Shown piece after piece: positions 63,112 through 64,000 of a stretch of 64,000 bases of DNA (the stretch's first letter is position 1; every line of letters begins with the position of its first letter). The stretch is from Dehalococcoidia bacterium. GTDB lineage: Bacteria; Chloroflexota; Dehalococcoidia; Lucifugimonadales; G963668185. Where the stretch lies: positions 536,388 through 600,387 of the forward strand of contig OZ253485.1 of NCBI GenBank assembly GCA_965261935.1. The letters run 5' to 3'. The notes under the pieces are model-generated. The model was not told where the DNA came from and searched no databases. It saw nothing but the letters and a program-made list of their open reading frames with translations. The translations under genes and the position numbers were made by a program.

Positions 63112-64000
63112 CCCAACAATGAGACGCCGATCAACCGGCCTATACCGAAGGTGACGCTGGCCGCCAGTCCTCCGGCCAGCAGCATCCGGGCAGCACCCCA
63201 CAGGGGATGGCGACCGGTCATGACCCCCAAAAGCGCGCCCACCACGAACAGGGCCGCTCCGCTAAGCACAGCGCTAAGAGTAAAGGCTATGTCTCCGAGG
63301 TGCAGGACGTACGAGATCAATGGAACGATCGCGCCTGCCGAAAAGGCCAAGAAGGAGCTGATCGCAGCGCCAACCGGCGATCCAAGCCCTCCCGGGTCCA
63401 AGCCCAGCTCTTCCTTGGCCATCGTGTCGAGGGCGACGTCCGGGTCTGACATCACTTTCGCTGCCATACGCCGGGCGTCGCTGTCGCTCAGGCCTTTCGC
63501 CCGGTATATGAGGCGCAACTCCTCTTCCTCTTCCTCCGGGTTCTCCTCAATCTCAACGCGTTCCTGTCGGATCTGGTGCTCGTAGAGGTCCCTCTGCGAC
63601 CTAACCGAAATGTACTCGCCCGCGGCCATCGAGAATGCACCAGCCATAAGACCGGCGGACCCCGCCAACAGCACGATATCGGCATCCCCTACTCCGCCCG
63701 ACACACCCATGATCAAGCTAAGGTTGGAAACCAGGCCGTCGTTCATCCCCATGACGCCGGCGCGCAGGTTGTTCCCAAGCCCAACTCGGTGAGCACGTTC
63801 GCTTCCGCGAGTCACCTCGTTCATGGACACGCCCGCCATGGCAGCCAGTTTCGCGGTGTGATTGAGTTCTTCTTCCAGGATGTCCGCCGCCTCCGGATCG
63901 CCGGCGTAGGCCTCTATCTCGTCTGCCTCCAGACGTAAGAGAACGGGCAGAACCCGGCCAGTACCGAACACGGTGGCGCCAAGCTTCAGCAGCCTGGGCT
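63108..64000 (-). CDS. VIT1/CCC1-family iron/manganese transporter with N-terminal ferritin-like domain, partial (5' end beyond window)
   Basis: GMNDGLVSNLSLIMGVSG and C-terminal TM helices. The frame stays open upstream of the track start (…LLKLGATVFGTGRVL…) to the window edge. Confidence 0.8.
   Translation of the reverse strand, partial: PRLLKLGATVFGTGRVLPVLLRLEADEIEAYAGDPEAADILEEELNHTAKLAAMAGVSMNEVTRGSERAHRVGLGNNLRAGVMGMNDGLVSNLSLIMGVSGGVGDADIVLLAGSAGLMAGAFSMAAGEYISVRSQRDLYEHQIRQERVEIEENPEEEEEELRLIYRAKGLSDSDARRMAAKVMSDPDVALDTMAKEELGLDPGGLGSPVGAAISSFLAFSAGAIVPLISYVLHLGDIAFTLSAVLSGAALFVVGALLGVMTGRHPLWGAARMLLAGGLAASVTFGIGRLIGVSLLG

Noticed and set aside
1-64000. tRNA, rRNA, tmRNA, RNase P RNA and common riboswitch signatures
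   Set aside because: An eye scan for T-loop GGTTCGAAT-type boxes, GAGGAAAGTCC and typical riboswitch cores found nothing convincing. Absence should be confirmed with tRNAscan-SE and Infernal.

Overview
GC-rich bacterial chromosomal window. The lineage cannot be fixed from sequence alone; a Chloroflexota- or Actinomycetota-like organism is only a guess. No rRNA, tRNA or CRISPR array was recognised. Calls rest on reading the sequence, the ORF-track translations and remembered family motifs; no searches were run. The window falls into five zones. (1) 1-5.8 kb: a partial vapBC-like toxin-antitoxin pair, then a tightly coupled minus-strand operon. That operon holds two hypothetical proteins (one with an in-frame TAA), a zinc-ribbon protein, an orphan NPPY N6-adenine methyltransferase, a 64-aa Cys-rich protein and an SNF2 helicase. 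It looks mobile-element or defence derived. (2) 5.9-25.4 kb: an IS-riddled, pseudogene-rich accessory zone. It carries two 1,640-bp copies of an ISNCY/IS481-like element in inverted orientation. A third, frameshifted relative is nested inside an IS3-type fragment. A further IS3-family element has an intact A_AAA_AAG slippery site but four nonsense codons. Interspersed genes are a collagen-repeat/trypsin-like protease, a cadherin-domain remnant, an orphan LivJ-type binding protein, an RRM RNA-binding protein, an IPCT/DIPPS-like gene pair, a split RCC1-repeat lipoprotein and a CAP-domain gene with an in-frame TGA. (3) 25.4-32.7 kb: an M16 metallopeptidase, then the most striking structure in the window. 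A 1,684-bp apparently perfect inverted duplication carries a complete HisKA_3 histidine-kinase gene plus the first 68 nt of its NarL-type regulator. The two arms bracket the single intact regulator. (4) 32.9-45.5 kb: a 12.6-kb minus-strand glycan-biosynthesis cluster (Wzx, Wzy-like, five glycosyltransferases, three methyltransferases, a nucleotide-sugar dehydrogenase). (5) 46-64 kb: ordinary core genes (def, cca, secD, secF, dehydrogenases, sbcCD, M20 amidohydrolase, yihY-like, amidohydrolase, nrnA, partial VIT1). The best candidates for follow-up are the kinase/regulator inverted duplication, the methyltransferase-helicase operon, the new IS family members and the collagen-protease fusion.
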